Origin: Trypanosoma brucei
Lineage: Eukaryota
Assembly: GCA_000002445.1 (NCBI GenBank)
Contig: CH464491.1
Coordinates: 3,008,001 to 3,072,000, forward strand
Direction: 5' to 3'
Length of the DNA stretch: 64,000 nucleotides
The notes under the pieces are model-generated. The model was not told the origin of the DNA, did not search any database, and saw only the letters and a program-made list of their open reading frames with translations. A program made the translations under genes and the position numbers. This document shows positions 1 through 9,838 of this stretch, in pieces. Every line of letters begins with the position of its first letter. Position 1 is the stretch's first letter.

Positions 1-1335
1 ATACGGCAAGCAACAATTGAGTGGTTTCATACCAATCAGCGCCGCGACCTACCGTGGCGACAGACATTTTCCGACACAGATGCGTGTCATCCGGTGGTAC
101 CCGTTGTTACTCCTCTGACTGATCCCTATCATGTGTGGGTCTCAGAGGTGATGTCGCAGCAAACGCAGATGGACACTGTCATTCCCTACTTCAAGCGATG
201 GATAGCGGTCTTTCCGGATATTGCCACTTTGGCTCGAGCCACAGAGGCGTCTGTCATGGCGGTTTGGTCGGGCATGGGCTATTACCGCCGCGCGCTGTAC
301 TTGAAAAAAGGCGCAGAACATGTCATGAAGCACTTTGGGGGCTCATTGCCAACTACTGCGGCTCAGCTACGTGCAATCCCTGGTATTGGCCTCTACACTT
401 CGGCGGCTATTGCTTCCATTTGCTTTCGTGAAAGAATTATTTCAGTGGACGGTAATGTTGTGCGTGTTTTGAGTCGGTTGCGCTGCGAGAGAAATTTTGA
501 CCCCAAGTCCGCCAAGAGTATCAAAGAAGTATTCCACTGGGGGCAGGAAATTATGGGGGAGGGTCCTTGTGACCGCCCCGGGGACTTCAACCAAGGCTTA
601 ATGGAGATTGGAGCGAGGGTATGCAAACCGTCCGGCAGGCCGCTTTGTGAGGAGTGCCCGCTTCACCGTTATTGTGGGGCATACGCCGCAATGCAGAGCG
701 GTGAGATACCTTCCATTGAGGGCGTCATTCCACTGAGAGCGAAAACACTCAAAAAGAAGAAAGAGCATGTTTTTTGCTTAGTTCATGAATTTCGAGAGAA
801 AACGGCGGGTGACAGTGCGTTGAAGCGGCGCTTCATTGTTGTACGGCGTCCAGAAGAAGGGCTCTTGGGCGGTATGTTGGAATTCCCCTCCAGGACGTAT
901 GTTTCTTCACCTGATGGTGGTACTGACATAAAAGGGAGCAGAGACGTTACCGATGAGTTGCGCAAGAAACTTGCTGCTGGACACAAAAATGTAGTGGAGG
1001 TCGGGCATGTTCAGCACATATTTTCCCACATTGATATGCGTGTGCTGGTCTATCACGCTGTCTGGGATGGGCCGTCGTTAGATTGTGGTGGCTACACGAG
1101 GGGCACGGACCCCAGAGTTGCTGCTCGACGCCCTTCCGAAGAAAAGATATGCAACGCCCTGAGAAGAGAGCTTTGTCTGGACTCTTCACGCATTTCCGTG
1201 AAGACGGAGGAGGAGATAAAGGGTGCTGCTGCTAGTCGCTTGTTGCTGAAAATACTTGACAAGCTAACTCCACTTAATTCCGAAGGGAGGGTGCGAAAAC
1301 CATCAACGAGGAAACGACCTAGATTGGCCGGATAG
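1..1335 (+). CDS. A/G-specific adenine DNA glycosylase (MutY/MUTYH family), 5'-partial. The reading frame is open from base 1, so the N-terminus lies upstream of the window.
   Basis: Frame 1 is open from nt 1 and translates to IRQATIEWFHTNQRRDLPWRQ, the MutY N-terminal signature. HhH-GPD motifs follow: VWVSEVMSQQTQ, LRAIPGIGLYTSAAIASI and ISVDGNVVRVLSRL. There is a 4Fe-4S cysteine loop CKPSGRPLCEECPLHRYC. A C-terminal MutY/NUDIX-like domain carries GLLGGMLEFPS. Confidence 0.85.
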   Translation: MRQATIEWFHTNQRRDLPWRQTFSDTDACHPVVPVVTPLTDPYHVWVSEVMSQQTQMDTVIPYFKRWIAVFPDIATLARATEASVMAVWSGMGYYRRALYLKKGAEHVMKHFGGSLPTTAAQLRAIPGIGLYTSAAIASICFRERIISVDGNVVRVLSRLRCERNFDPKSAKSIKEVFHWGQEIMGEGPCDRPGDFNQGLMEIGARVCKPSGRPLCEECPLHRYCGAYAAMQSGEIPSIEGVIPLRAKTLKKKKEHVFCLVHEFREKTAGDSALKRRFIVVRRPEEGLLGGMLEFPSRTYVSSPDGGTDIKGSRDVTDELRKKLAAGHKNVVEVGHVQHIFSHIDMRVLVYHAVWDGPSLDCGGYTRGTDPRVAARRPSEEKICNALRRELCLDSSRISVKTEEEIKGAAASRLLLKILDKLTPLNSEGRVRKPSTRKRPRLAG

Positions 1336-1520
1336 GAGTTTCCAATCAATTTGGCCGAACCGGCTTCTGTGGGAGGATATGTCGGAGCGGCGGTACTCCA
1401 CCTGTGTTGCACGCACACAGAAGAAAAGGAAGACGTATACGCATGAGCTGTAGTGCCCGCTGTGGTGCCGTTGGTGGATAGTGAGTCATTGTACTATTTA
1501 TGTAAAATGGGAGACTTGCC

Positions 1521-1600
1521 TTCACCTCTTTTTTTTTCTTTTCACCGTTTATGTTTGTCCACTTAGTTGCCGTTGTTTTCCTGCCTCCAACGAGCAAAAT
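1521..1600 (+). promoter_or_regulatory. Polypyrimidine tract followed by AG; candidate trans-splice acceptor / polyadenylation-guiding region between MutY and the Kelch gene
   Basis: The run cctcttttttttttcttttcaccgtttatgtttgtcc...cgttgttttcctgcctcc lies immediately upstream of the first plausible ATG at 1604. Kinetoplastid mRNA processing is directed by such tracts (established knowledge). Confidence 0.4.
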
Positions 1601-1603
1601 AGT

Positions 1604-3652
1604 ATGCAGGCATGGTACCAATTCGGATACGACGGTTTCCCGTCTGGGGACGCACGGCGTCGCTTCTACTGCCAACGTGACGACCCGTGTGATAGCGAGG
1701 AGGAGCAAGAGGGGTACGACGGCAACGACCGACCAATCTACTACTATCCTATGCGTGACAGCGAGGAGGCTTCAATCGCAAGCGCCCCAATAGCGGAAGA
1801 GGAGGAGGATGCGTTACTACAGCAACTCCCTACAAGTCCGTTTCCGATTAATATATCTGTCTGCAATGAAATTTTGGGTAGGTGTGGTGCTGATGTTGTG
1901 CCACTAAGGACGATTTGCGGTGACACTAGTGCGGGGGAGGAGGTTTACTTCTTCGTGCATGGCGGTGCGTTAACAGCAACCGGACGCGTTACGAATGCAT
2001 CGGAGGTGGTTCGTATCAAGGGATGCACGGGCGGCAAGGAATCGGGTGAAGCGGTGACTTCCGTGGCCACGGATGCTTCACTGGCGGAAGTTATTTTTTC
2101 GGTGTGTGGAGGCAATCCCATTTTTCACGAGTTGTACATGGGTACCAGTTCCTCCTCCTCACCGCCAGCGCGTTTTGGGCACTGCACGGTTGGCATCCAA
2201 GCCCCTCCTTGGGTTGAAGCGCTTTCTTCCCGTTGCCGCAGCGATTGTGAGTTGTATTTATCGTTAGTCATTGGTGGTGCCTTTGTTGACCAGGTTCCGA
2301 AGTCTTTCCACGATGTTATTGCACGTGATTCTGTGCTGTGCGAACCATGGTTATGCGCAACAGTCCTTAAAGGTAACCTGGGCTCCCCGGGGGCCGATGG
2401 GATCCGCGAAAAGAGACAGCGGCCCTTGACTGAGGTATGTGAAGAACCTAAACAATACACACTGCATGCTCCCCTGCCTGGAATGACGGGACTCACCTCC
2501 ACACCGCGATTATTTGCCACTTTAACACCATGGCCAGTTGCCCATCGTGATCCAATTATTACCTCCTACGCGTATATGGGCGGTAGTCTTAACGGTTGGG
2601 ACCCGTTACCTTTATTTGGGCTGTGGTTGCTGCATGTTGACACTTTCAACTGGAGTGTTTCGGTTTCTTTGCTTGAGACGCTAGGCGAGGAACCACCTTC
2701 ACGCTTTGGACACTCCGCTACCCTTGTTAATGAAAAGGAAATATATGTGTTTGGTGGCATCGGCACCCGCCGCACTTACTTGAATGACCTCATGGTTTTA
2801 AACTGCACAACGAAGGTATGGCGGGAGGTGTACGCACCTTCTTGTTTCTCCATACCTCCCCGAGCATTCCATAGCAGCGCTTTGCTTCCGGGTAACTGCA
2901 CCGTAGTTATTGTTGGAGGTGAGGCAGAAGGTCGTCACGAATCTAGTGTCTGGAGGTACGATGTAACCCGTGGTGATTGGCGTTTGTTGTCATTCCCATT
3001 ACTTGAGCGTGCTTTGCGCCCCCCTCGTGGGGCATGTGGTGCTTCCCAAACGGGCTGCACTGTCTCAGCCACCCGGTTGCTGTGCGAGCGGGAGCGACTA
3101 ACATCAGAGGGGAAAAATTCACTCGACGACGCACGGCAAATACGCGTGGATCATTCTGATATGAGTTCGTCCAACCGACCCAGCAGTGGTGAAATGCCAC
3201 GGTCGACGACATCGGGCGTGCATGTGACTAGCCGCACATTCTGTTCCTCTGGACCGTCGATGGGTGGAGATACCCCCAACTCCCCTCTAGGTGTCTACTA
3301 TTTCGCAGCCATGCATGGGTCTCAGCCCCAGGTGTTTACTGTAAAGGATGGCACGTTGGTGCTGGGTGGCACGAAGTCTCCCGGCGTAGCTTCGCTTAGC
3401 TGGATTCCAGCACGGACCTACTCGCTTAAGGAGTGCGCAGCTCTATGGATTTGCACTCATCGGGAGGGATTTTTGGAGGAAGCGGGGTGCCGGCTCCGAT
3501 CACCCTGTGATGAGGTTAGCCAATCTGAGGCATGCCACTACGGTAAGAGTCCGGTTGAGGGGTGCTGCGCTTCGTTAGTGGACCGCTCGCTTGCGGAGGA
3601 TCAGCTTGACAAATGGCAACGTAGCGCCCGGAAGCGACTTCGTGGCCAATGA
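1604..3652 (+). CDS. Kelch-repeat (beta-propeller) domain protein, hypothetical. The listed ORF starts at 1481, but the stretch 1481-1603 is pyrimidine-tract read-through.
   Basis: The 723-aa ORF has repeated Kelch-like strands with double-Gly motifs (FGHSATLVNEKEIYVFGGIG, AFHSSALLPGNCTVVIVGG, YFFVHGGAL). An internal in-frame ATG at 1604 (MQAWYQFGYDG) follows the poly-Y tract. Confidence 0.55.
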   Translation: MQAWYQFGYDGFPSGDARRRFYCQRDDPCDSEEEQEGYDGNDRPIYYYPMRDSEEASIASAPIAEEEEDALLQQLPTSPFPINISVCNEILGRCGADVVPLRTICGDTSAGEEVYFFVHGGALTATGRVTNASEVVRIKGCTGGKESGEAVTSVATDASLAEVIFSVCGGNPIFHELYMGTSSSSSPPARFGHCTVGIQAPPWVEALSSRCRSDCELYLSLVIGGAFVDQVPKSFHDVIARDSVLCEPWLCATVLKGNLGSPGADGIREKRQRPLTEVCEEPKQYTLHAPLPGMTGLTSTPRLFATLTPWPVAHRDPIITSYAYMGGSLNGWDPLPLFGLWLLHVDTFNWSVSVSLLETLGEEPPSRFGHSATLVNEKEIYVFGGIGTRRTYLNDLMVLNCTTKVWREVYAPSCFSIPPRAFHSSALLPGNCTVVIVGGEAEGRHESSVWRYDVTRGDWRLLSFPLLERALRPPRGACGASQTGCTVSATRLLCERERLTSEGKNSLDDARQIRVDHSDMSSSNRPSSGEMPRSTTSGVHVTSRTFCSSGPSMGGDTPNSPLGVYYFAAMHGSQPQVFTVKDGTLVLGGTKSPGVASLSWIPARTYSLKECAALWICTHREGFLEEAGCRLRSPCDEVSQSEACHYGKSPVEGCCASLVDRSLAEDQLDKWQRSARKRLRGQ

Positions 3653-3904
3653 GGAGTCGACTTATCCCCTCCTTCGGTCATTTGTTTTTTCCACCTTGCT
3701 ATCACCCGTTTTCTTTACCGTTAACGCACTATGGACATGGAGTGGGTCTATTTCCCCCCGCTTGTTGAAGCAGAGCTTCGCCTGTTCTACCCTTCAACGA
3801 TTTTATGTTTCCATCTGCTTTACGCTGCCGTTTGCATTGGTTCGTACTATGCCTCTTTCCCCCCCTTTCTGACGACATCACAAGAGAAAACAACACACAC
3901 AGAC

Positions 3905-5776
3905 ATGTCTAGTGACGCCACTGCTGCCGCAGTTAACTGGTCCCAGGGTGACGAGGGCGATACAGCTCTGGAGATATGCGTGCCAATTGTCCTCCCACAG
4001 TCGGGGCGTGCGAAGGAACTCACTGTAGAAGTGAAAGATCTCGCTGTTCTGCGGGTGTCACACCGCGACACGATCATCTTACAGTGGCGCCTCTACGAAC
4101 CAGTGGCGGAAGAGGTCGAGTGGCGCGTGGAGAATGAGGGCTCCCTTCTAATCATGGACATGGTGAAACGGAGCTGCGCCGTGTGGCCCTGTTTGCTTGA
4201 CCTCCCAATGCGTGCTGATGATAAGTTGCTCCGTTCAACAGCGGAACTTGACAATCTTTTCCGTGAGCACCACCCGCCACTTCCACCCGACCCTTCTTTG
4301 GAACGCAAAGGGGCTGGAGCTGCCGCCGTCGACAAGGTGGATGGTAACGGCGGTGAGGCAGGCACGGCTGCTGTGGGTGGGGAGGACGACCTCGAACGCC
4401 TTTTGGAGGAGGCCGCCGAAGAGGTTGTGGGAGAGGGTGCCGCCACTGAAGAAAATAACGACAGGGAATTCATCAACGCGGAGCTGGAAAACTGTAGGAC
4501 AGAGATTGAGGAAATACAGAAGAAACTCGACGAAGTTATGAAGACTCTAGAGGATGGCGCCGATGGAGAAGCCAAACAACAGGCTCTGAAGCAGAAGACG
4601 ATTCTGGAGGAGATGCTAAGGTTACACTTTGAAATTTGTGAGAAACGCCGCTTGCCATCCAGCCTTTCTGGCTTTATTGAAATTACCCAGCTCGACATAC
4701 GTAAGTCGCGCGTTAATGTGGGTGAGCTGTCGGAGGAAGAAAGGGAGGAGTATGCTTCTGATGAGGAGCGCGCAATGACTGCCCACGAGCTCATGACAAG
4801 GGGCCTGCAGCATTTTGAGCAGCAGGAGATACAACCGGCTCTTCATTTCCTTCGTCTTGCGGCTCTTCATCACAACCATGACCAGAGTACTATAATCCTC
4901 CACAGCATTTACTCTCAGCTCAACTCACCTCGTGGTGCGTTCATTCTTCTGAGACGTGCCCTGCAGGACGATAACATCAGCAGCACTGCGAACCTGAAGG
5001 TTGCCGAACAATTTGACGTAGGTGCCCGTCACTTCCTTCCTATGTTTCCCGCAGCGCTGTACTTCTATCAGCGCGCTGCAAAGGCTGGCTGCGTCAGTGC
5101 GATGCTTGCAATTGCTCAACTGTATTTGCGTGGTTGTACCTCATCCACAATGCTTTCCGCCAAGCAGATTGAAAGGCTAAGAAACACTGATATGTACCAA
5201 GAGTGGTTACAACGTGCTATTGATCGAGGATGTGGATCTGCAAACTTTGTGAAGGGCTGCGCACATCTCAAGGGTGAGCACGGCTGTGTGAAGTCGTATA
5301 AATTGGCCAAAGAATATTTGGATAGGGCTACTGCAGCCCAACCTAAAATTGCACAGCGGGCTCCACAGGTCTACGTTATGCTGGAAAAGTTACGACAGGA
5401 GGAGGAGGGGGTGGCCTCACTGAGCGCATCTACATCGCTCTCGCTATCGAAGGGTAATTATGCCAATGGCCGAGCCGGTACAAATGGTGACGGTGACGCC
5501 GTTTGTGTGACCTCATCCGTCGAAAGACTGAACAACATGACATCAAAGCCGTATGCCTCAGCGTCCGCTGGGCCGGGGAGACTAAAGAAGGGCAATCAAA
5601 GGTCGGGTGCAAAAGCATTCTGGGAGGGTGCGGTCACGACCGGGCTGACACTCTACAGTCTATACACGTTGGCCTTCCCCGTGCGCCTGCTGATCCTTCC
5701 TCACATCTACACACTGTTGAGTCATGTAGTTGACCGCGTTCCATGGCTCGCCGCCTCACAACCTCTCCAGTTCTGA
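3905..5776 (+). CDS. Hypothetical protein with an acidic coiled-coil segment and Sel1/TPR-like repeats. The listed ORF starts at 3731, but 3731-3904 is pyrimidine-rich and is probably 5' UTR.
   Basis: ORF of 681 aa. Sel1-like repeats: YFYQRAAKAGCVSAMLAIAQLYLRGC, EWLQRAIDRGCGSANFVKGCAHL and AKEYLDRATAAQP. The E-rich central coiled coil includes ELENCRTEIEEIQKKLDEVMKTLEDG. In-frame ATG at 3905 (MSSDATAAAV). Confidence 0.5.
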   Translation: MSSDATAAAVNWSQGDEGDTALEICVPIVLPQSGRAKELTVEVKDLAVLRVSHRDTIILQWRLYEPVAEEVEWRVENEGSLLIMDMVKRSCAVWPCLLDLPMRADDKLLRSTAELDNLFREHHPPLPPDPSLERKGAGAAAVDKVDGNGGEAGTAAVGGEDDLERLLEEAAEEVVGEGAATEENNDREFINAELENCRTEIEEIQKKLDEVMKTLEDGADGEAKQQALKQKTILEEMLRLHFEICEKRRLPSSLSGFIEITQLDIRKSRVNVGELSEEEREEYASDEERAMTAHELMTRGLQHFEQQEIQPALHFLRLAALHHNHDQSTIILHSIYSQLNSPRGAFILLRRALQDDNISSTANLKVAEQFDVGARHFLPMFPAALYFYQRAAKAGCVSAMLAIAQLYLRGCTSSTMLSAKQIERLRNTDMYQEWLQRAIDRGCGSANFVKGCAHLKGEHGCVKSYKLAKEYLDRATAAQPKIAQRAPQVYVMLEKLRQEEEGVASLSASTSLSLSKGNYANGRAGTNGDGDAVCVTSSVERLNNMTSKPYASASAGPGRLKKGNQRSGAKAFWEGAVTTGLTLYSLYTLAFPVRLLILPHIYTLLSHVVDRVPWLAASQPLQF

Positions 5777-5917
5777 TGATCAAGGAGAGGATAGGCATTT
5801 GTCGCACTGCCACTTTTCACATGCGCTATTGCCCTCATAACATTGTGCATACCTGGTCTACCTGTTTGTACAAAGCGGGAGTGGGCGAGGAGGATACTGG
5901 TGTTACCAGCGGCTGAT

Positions 5918-5930
5918 CCCCCCCCCCCCC
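5918..5930. repeat. C13 homopolymer in an intergenic region
   Basis: gctgatccccccccccccctacaacgg. Confidence 0.9.
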
Positions 5931-6632
5931 TACAACGGAGGCAAGGGGCAACGACAACAATCAGGGAGCATTTCCGCATCTCCCTCTTTTACCACCATCA
6001 CTATCATCAGCGACAACATCACACTCATTCTAGCCTGACGCTGAGGAGTATGAATGATTGACGAAAGTCAAGGTAGTGATAACCGGAGGGGGGTAGCAAA
6101 GAAAAAAAATAATTCGTTAGCTTTAAAAGGGGCTACCAGGCAAGAACGGACGTGAGTTGGTGATAAAACGTGTTAGTCGGAGGAAGTAAATAAGGATGCG
6201 ATTTGACACTTTTTTCTTTTTTAATTATTGTTAGGTAACAGTTATCAGCGCGAGAACGTCCCCGGGAATGGGCACAATATTTAGCTGCGTCAAACATATG
6301 AGGTCTGATCCAGGGAGTTTGCACTGGCGACGACAGGAGGGGTAGCGACTGGTCGTGTTGTTGTGCTGCGTGTGCTTTCTCTTTCAATATGGAAAGTGCC
6401 CGTGAAGCCCATAGGGCGGTGTGAGTGCAATCTGATGGGTCATGAGATCACAATGGTTTTCCCACGGAAGCGTGTAGGAGTGAATCAGTCTTTGCTTGTT
6501 TAGCTCTTTACACCCCTAAGGCGTGCTACTTTATTAAGTTGTTTCTTTTTTTCCTTCCAGAAAACAAATAAAAGAATATGTGGATTATCTGCTGTCCTGA
6601 TTCGTGCATGATCTTGCCCGTTCTTACGGCAT

Positions 6633-6748
6633 CTCTTTTCCTTTGCGTGATTGCTATTTTTCGTTTTGTCTCCCTTACTTACCTTCCTCTCTGTGGGTCC
6701 TGCGGCTGAGAGGGTGCTGCAAGCCGCTTTTTTTTTTCTTTACGACGC
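6633..6748 (+). promoter_or_regulatory. Polypyrimidine tract upstream of the 6752 ORF (candidate splice-acceptor region)
   Basis: ctcttttcctttgcgtgattgctatttttcgttttgtctcccttacttaccttcctctctgtgggtcc...cttttttttttctttacgacgcc. Confidence 0.4.
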
Positions 6749-6751
6749 CAA

Positions 6752-7600
6752 ATGCGTCGTTTCTGCACTGCTCGTGTAAGTAGTTATGTTAAGCGTGCGC
6801 CACTCCTGCTTCCCCGTGGTGGGCGGCGCTGGAGATCGGGGGCAGGAACCACTGCGGATGGCGGTGGGGAAAAAGAATACATAGCGGACTCTTTTGAATC
6901 CACTGCCGGTTCTAATGCGTATGCCGCGATGGAATTAGCTGCTGAGGCTCGGAGGGAGATTCACGAACTGTGGCTGTCGGCCGAAACAGCACTTGAGAGG
7001 GAGAAACGTGTTCAGCAGGTGGCGGCACTTATCGAAAAATACAAGTTAGACCCCTCTACACCGCGGGAGGCAGATGTGAGCCGGGGATTAGGTGATGCTT
7101 TTGATCGACTGCTCCTCTTGTGTCTGCCCCTTGGCAAAACAGACGCTAAAGGAACTGATAACTTGGAGCGACTTATGCACCTAGCTGGGAGGAATGGTAG
7201 GGAGCTTTCTGTGCGGACGATTCAACATTTGTTTGCTCGTACGGACTCATTCGCGGAAGCGCTCGCTGTTTTCTACACCATGCGGCGATGCCATGTGGCA
7301 ATGAATATGGAGGCTTATTATTCCATGCTTTACTCTTTGCAACGGCTCGAGGAGGAAGGGTGGGGGCAACACTTTCGCAACGAGTATGAGGAAAATGGAG
7401 CCCCTTCTGAGCAAGCGATGGACTTCATAGTGAAGGGCATCAGTAACGCTTTATTGCCGGAAAACAAGCCGTGGCTTGGTCGTGTGATGTTCCAGGACCG
7501 GAATGTGCCAGATCGAAGGTATGACACGCGTGACTTCGATGAGCTGGACACAGCATGGACACAACGCTATAAAAGTGGTACGCCTGCCGGTGCCCATTGA
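6752..7600 (+). CDS. Hypothetical protein with an N-terminus that looks like a mitochondrial presequence
   Basis: 282-aa ORF in the same orientation as its neighbours. The N-terminus MRRFCTARVSSYVKRAPLLLPRGGRRWRS is Arg-rich and amphipathic. No recognisable catalytic motif. Confidence 0.45.
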   Translation: MRRFCTARVSSYVKRAPLLLPRGGRRWRSGAGTTADGGGEKEYIADSFESTAGSNAYAAMELAAEARREIHELWLSAETALEREKRVQQVAALIEKYKLDPSTPREADVSRGLGDAFDRLLLLCLPLGKTDAKGTDNLERLMHLAGRNGRELSVRTIQHLFARTDSFAEALAVFYTMRRCHVAMNMEAYYSMLYSLQRLEEEGWGQHFRNEYEENGAPSEQAMDFIVKGISNALLPENKPWLGRVMFQDRNVPDRRYDTRDFDELDTAWTQRYKSGTPAGAH

Positions 7601-8002
7601 TTTCCGTTTGCCATAGGATGATTGAATTGGATGGAGCCGATAAGGCAGGGGAGGCACTTCGAGATTGTGGCGTTCAAATGTTTTATCGTGTGCTCGTCTG
7701 TGTAAGCGTTTCTGCACATAAGTATGACACTCAGTCAACGCATGCACACCCATTAATTTCATACGTCTGCGAGTAAACAACTTTTCTGTATGGGCCCGGG
7801 CCACCGCATATAGTTAAGTTACAAAAAACAAAAAGTAGTTCGAACTTTGTTGGATATGGCTGCGCTTCGCTCTCAACGTCTTCGCTGACATCGCCTCCCC
7901 GAACTTTGTTTGCATCTTTTCCCTTGTTTGCCCACTTTTGGAAATTACAGCGTAACCAAGCCTCCTGCTTAGTAGCAGCACAAAGCAAAAGGAAGTAGAC
8001 AA

Positions 8003-8176
8003 ATGGGTCACCTCCACCAATGGCGCTCCCGCCAAAAGATTGGCATGGGCAAAGGATCCCGCCACTGCGTCATTTGCTCCAACCAAAAGGCTCTCATCCG
8101 CAAGTATGAACTGAACGTCTGTCGTCAGTGCTTCCGTGAGAATGCCGAGAACATTGGTTTCGTCAAGCTGCGTTAA
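8003..8176 (+). CDS. RPS29: 40S ribosomal protein S29 (eS29). It is only 57 codons, so it is absent from the >=60-aa ORF track.
   Basis: Translation is [57 protein letters not shown]. This has the C4 zinc knuckle CxxC...CxxC and the LIRKYxLNxCRQCFRE signature of eS29. Confidence 0.85.
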   Translation: MGHLHQWRSRQKIGMGKGSRHCVICSNQKALIRKYELNVCRQCFRENAENIGFVKLR

Positions 8177-9838
8177 GATCGCTGACACGTCATCGAATGA
8201 TGAGCGAAATGGAGGGACTGACGACTCCCGTGACTGGCTGTATGGAAGGCCCTTCTCTTTTTGTCTTTTCTTTCACTGATAGGGGTACGCAACTTACGTG
8301 CTTTTTTCCTCTTTTTTTTTCTTGGGGATGAGCACCGTTTCTGGTCTGTTCTCTCGTTCTTAAATTATTTTTTCCGTTTGACCTCCCACTACTACCTACT
8401 CGTGTCGTTTGCTCGTTTATCTGTTCAACGGACCCCTGTAACTGAGCAGCTGCAGAACCAGGGACAGAGGGAACGGAAGGCGGAGGCATGGGGTGGTAGA
8501 AGAAACTGCGCTGTCTACGATGCTTTTGTGTCCCTGAGTTTTTTGTGTTTAAAAATTACTGCAGCATTTCCCCCTTTTTTTCTTTCCTTGTGCTTCCACA
8601 ATTCGTCAATATTTTTGTTCAGGCGAAGGTAAACGCCGTAAGTAGTTCAAAGGCGACTACTCGAAGGGAAAGGGGAGGTAAGTACCTCTGAAGAAAGACT
8701 GGCGGTGGTTAAGTGAGGGGAGCGAAGGAATGTGCCATAGGTGAGGACGCTGTAGCTGAGGTGACATAAGGTAGCAGTTAGAGTATTCGGCACAGGGGGT
8801 TGGACTTCCCATTTACGTTTTGTTTGTGTGCCTTCCCGAAGATGTCACTGATGCGTGTGCTTTGCTGGTGGCATCGCCATTTTGTAGGTACTACGATCCT
8901 GAAGCTGGTTGTCGTCGATTGGAGTACCCTTACTCCCGGTGGTCTCAAGGTGTGAGTACGGCGGTGTTAGGTGTCTCGAATAGCTTGCCCGTAGAGAGGC
9001 TATGCTTGTTAATAAAATTAAGAAGTGGTGCAACTTCAGTTGCCAATAGCACAGGCGACACTTGGTGTAGAGCAGTGGAAAAGAAGGATGAAAATATCCC
9101 TGAGTGTGTCGACATGCAGGTATGTGTTGGACCCAAGCGGTTAACTTTGCACGGACGAAGAGGCAAGGGGGAGGAATTTGCATGATGTGTTCTGAGGGAT
9201 GAACCAAGGAATGAGTAAAAGTACGCGCGGTGGATTGGGTGCTGGTCAGCAGGCGATGCAAGAGGAGCTTCAAGTGGGAATTTGTTCGCTATTTCTTCGT
9301 ACTTTTGTCTTCTTGTATCGTTTGTAGTCTCATATGGCTGGTTGGCAGGCTGCACCGCCGATTTGAACAAGGGCTCTGCGCTTGTGTGTACACATGCCCA
9401 TAAACTTACATTTACATTTACTGATTTGTGTTTTCCAGTAGCCTCAGAGTGGGTTGTGGGGGCACCTTTCCACTGTAACTTGAGTAGTTGCAGCCTCTTA
9501 GTGCTGTGTTGCCGTAAAGTCACACTTACTGCTATTTATTTCTGTCTTTCTGTCCTGTGCTGCTTTTCATCGTTCCACGGGAGGTGCATTAGCACAAGCA
9601 AGTGAAATAATCAGCAATAACACCACTGTCAAAGGATTAGTAGTAAATAAACGCAAGTCCTGGAGCTGCTTGTTTTTCTCGTACCTCTTTCCCCCTTTGT
9701 CGTTACCTGTTCTTGTTTTCATTTGGTTACACAGGAGAGACCGCTTACGACCTGTACCACTGCAAGTGGTCTAATAGGCGTTTGTTTACCCGAATTTATT
9801 GTCATTTTCATCTGCTGTGATTTGCTTCCCGCCTTCAC

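Noticed and set aside
135-431. Many 60-130-aa ORFs nested within, or antisense to, the large conserved genes (MutY, TOP2, MCM6, eIF2B-epsilon etc.)
   Set aside because: They overlap genes with clear homology in another frame or strand and show no motifs. They are by-products of GC-rich coding sequence.
1481-1603. N-terminal extensions of several ORFs (1481, 3731, 13637, 53889, 57234, 60833) as listed in the ORF track
   Set aside because: These leading segments are pyrimidine-rich (encoding Phe/Leu/Ser/Pro-rich peptides) and sit where splice-acceptor tracts are expected. A downstream in-frame ATG gives an N-terminus matching the conserved family start (for example TRM61 MLAPRG..., TOP2 MSGRTVEEIYQKK). 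I moved the starts accordingly. This is inference, not proof.
8820-9185. 121-aa + strand ORF in the RPS29 to 9839 gap, plus overlapping minus-strand ORFs 8845..9273 and 8945..9523
   Set aside because: No recognisable motifs and unremarkable composition. The ORFs overlap one another and lie in a region that looks like UTR/intergenic DNA. Kept out of the feature list, though a small lineage-specific gene cannot be excluded.
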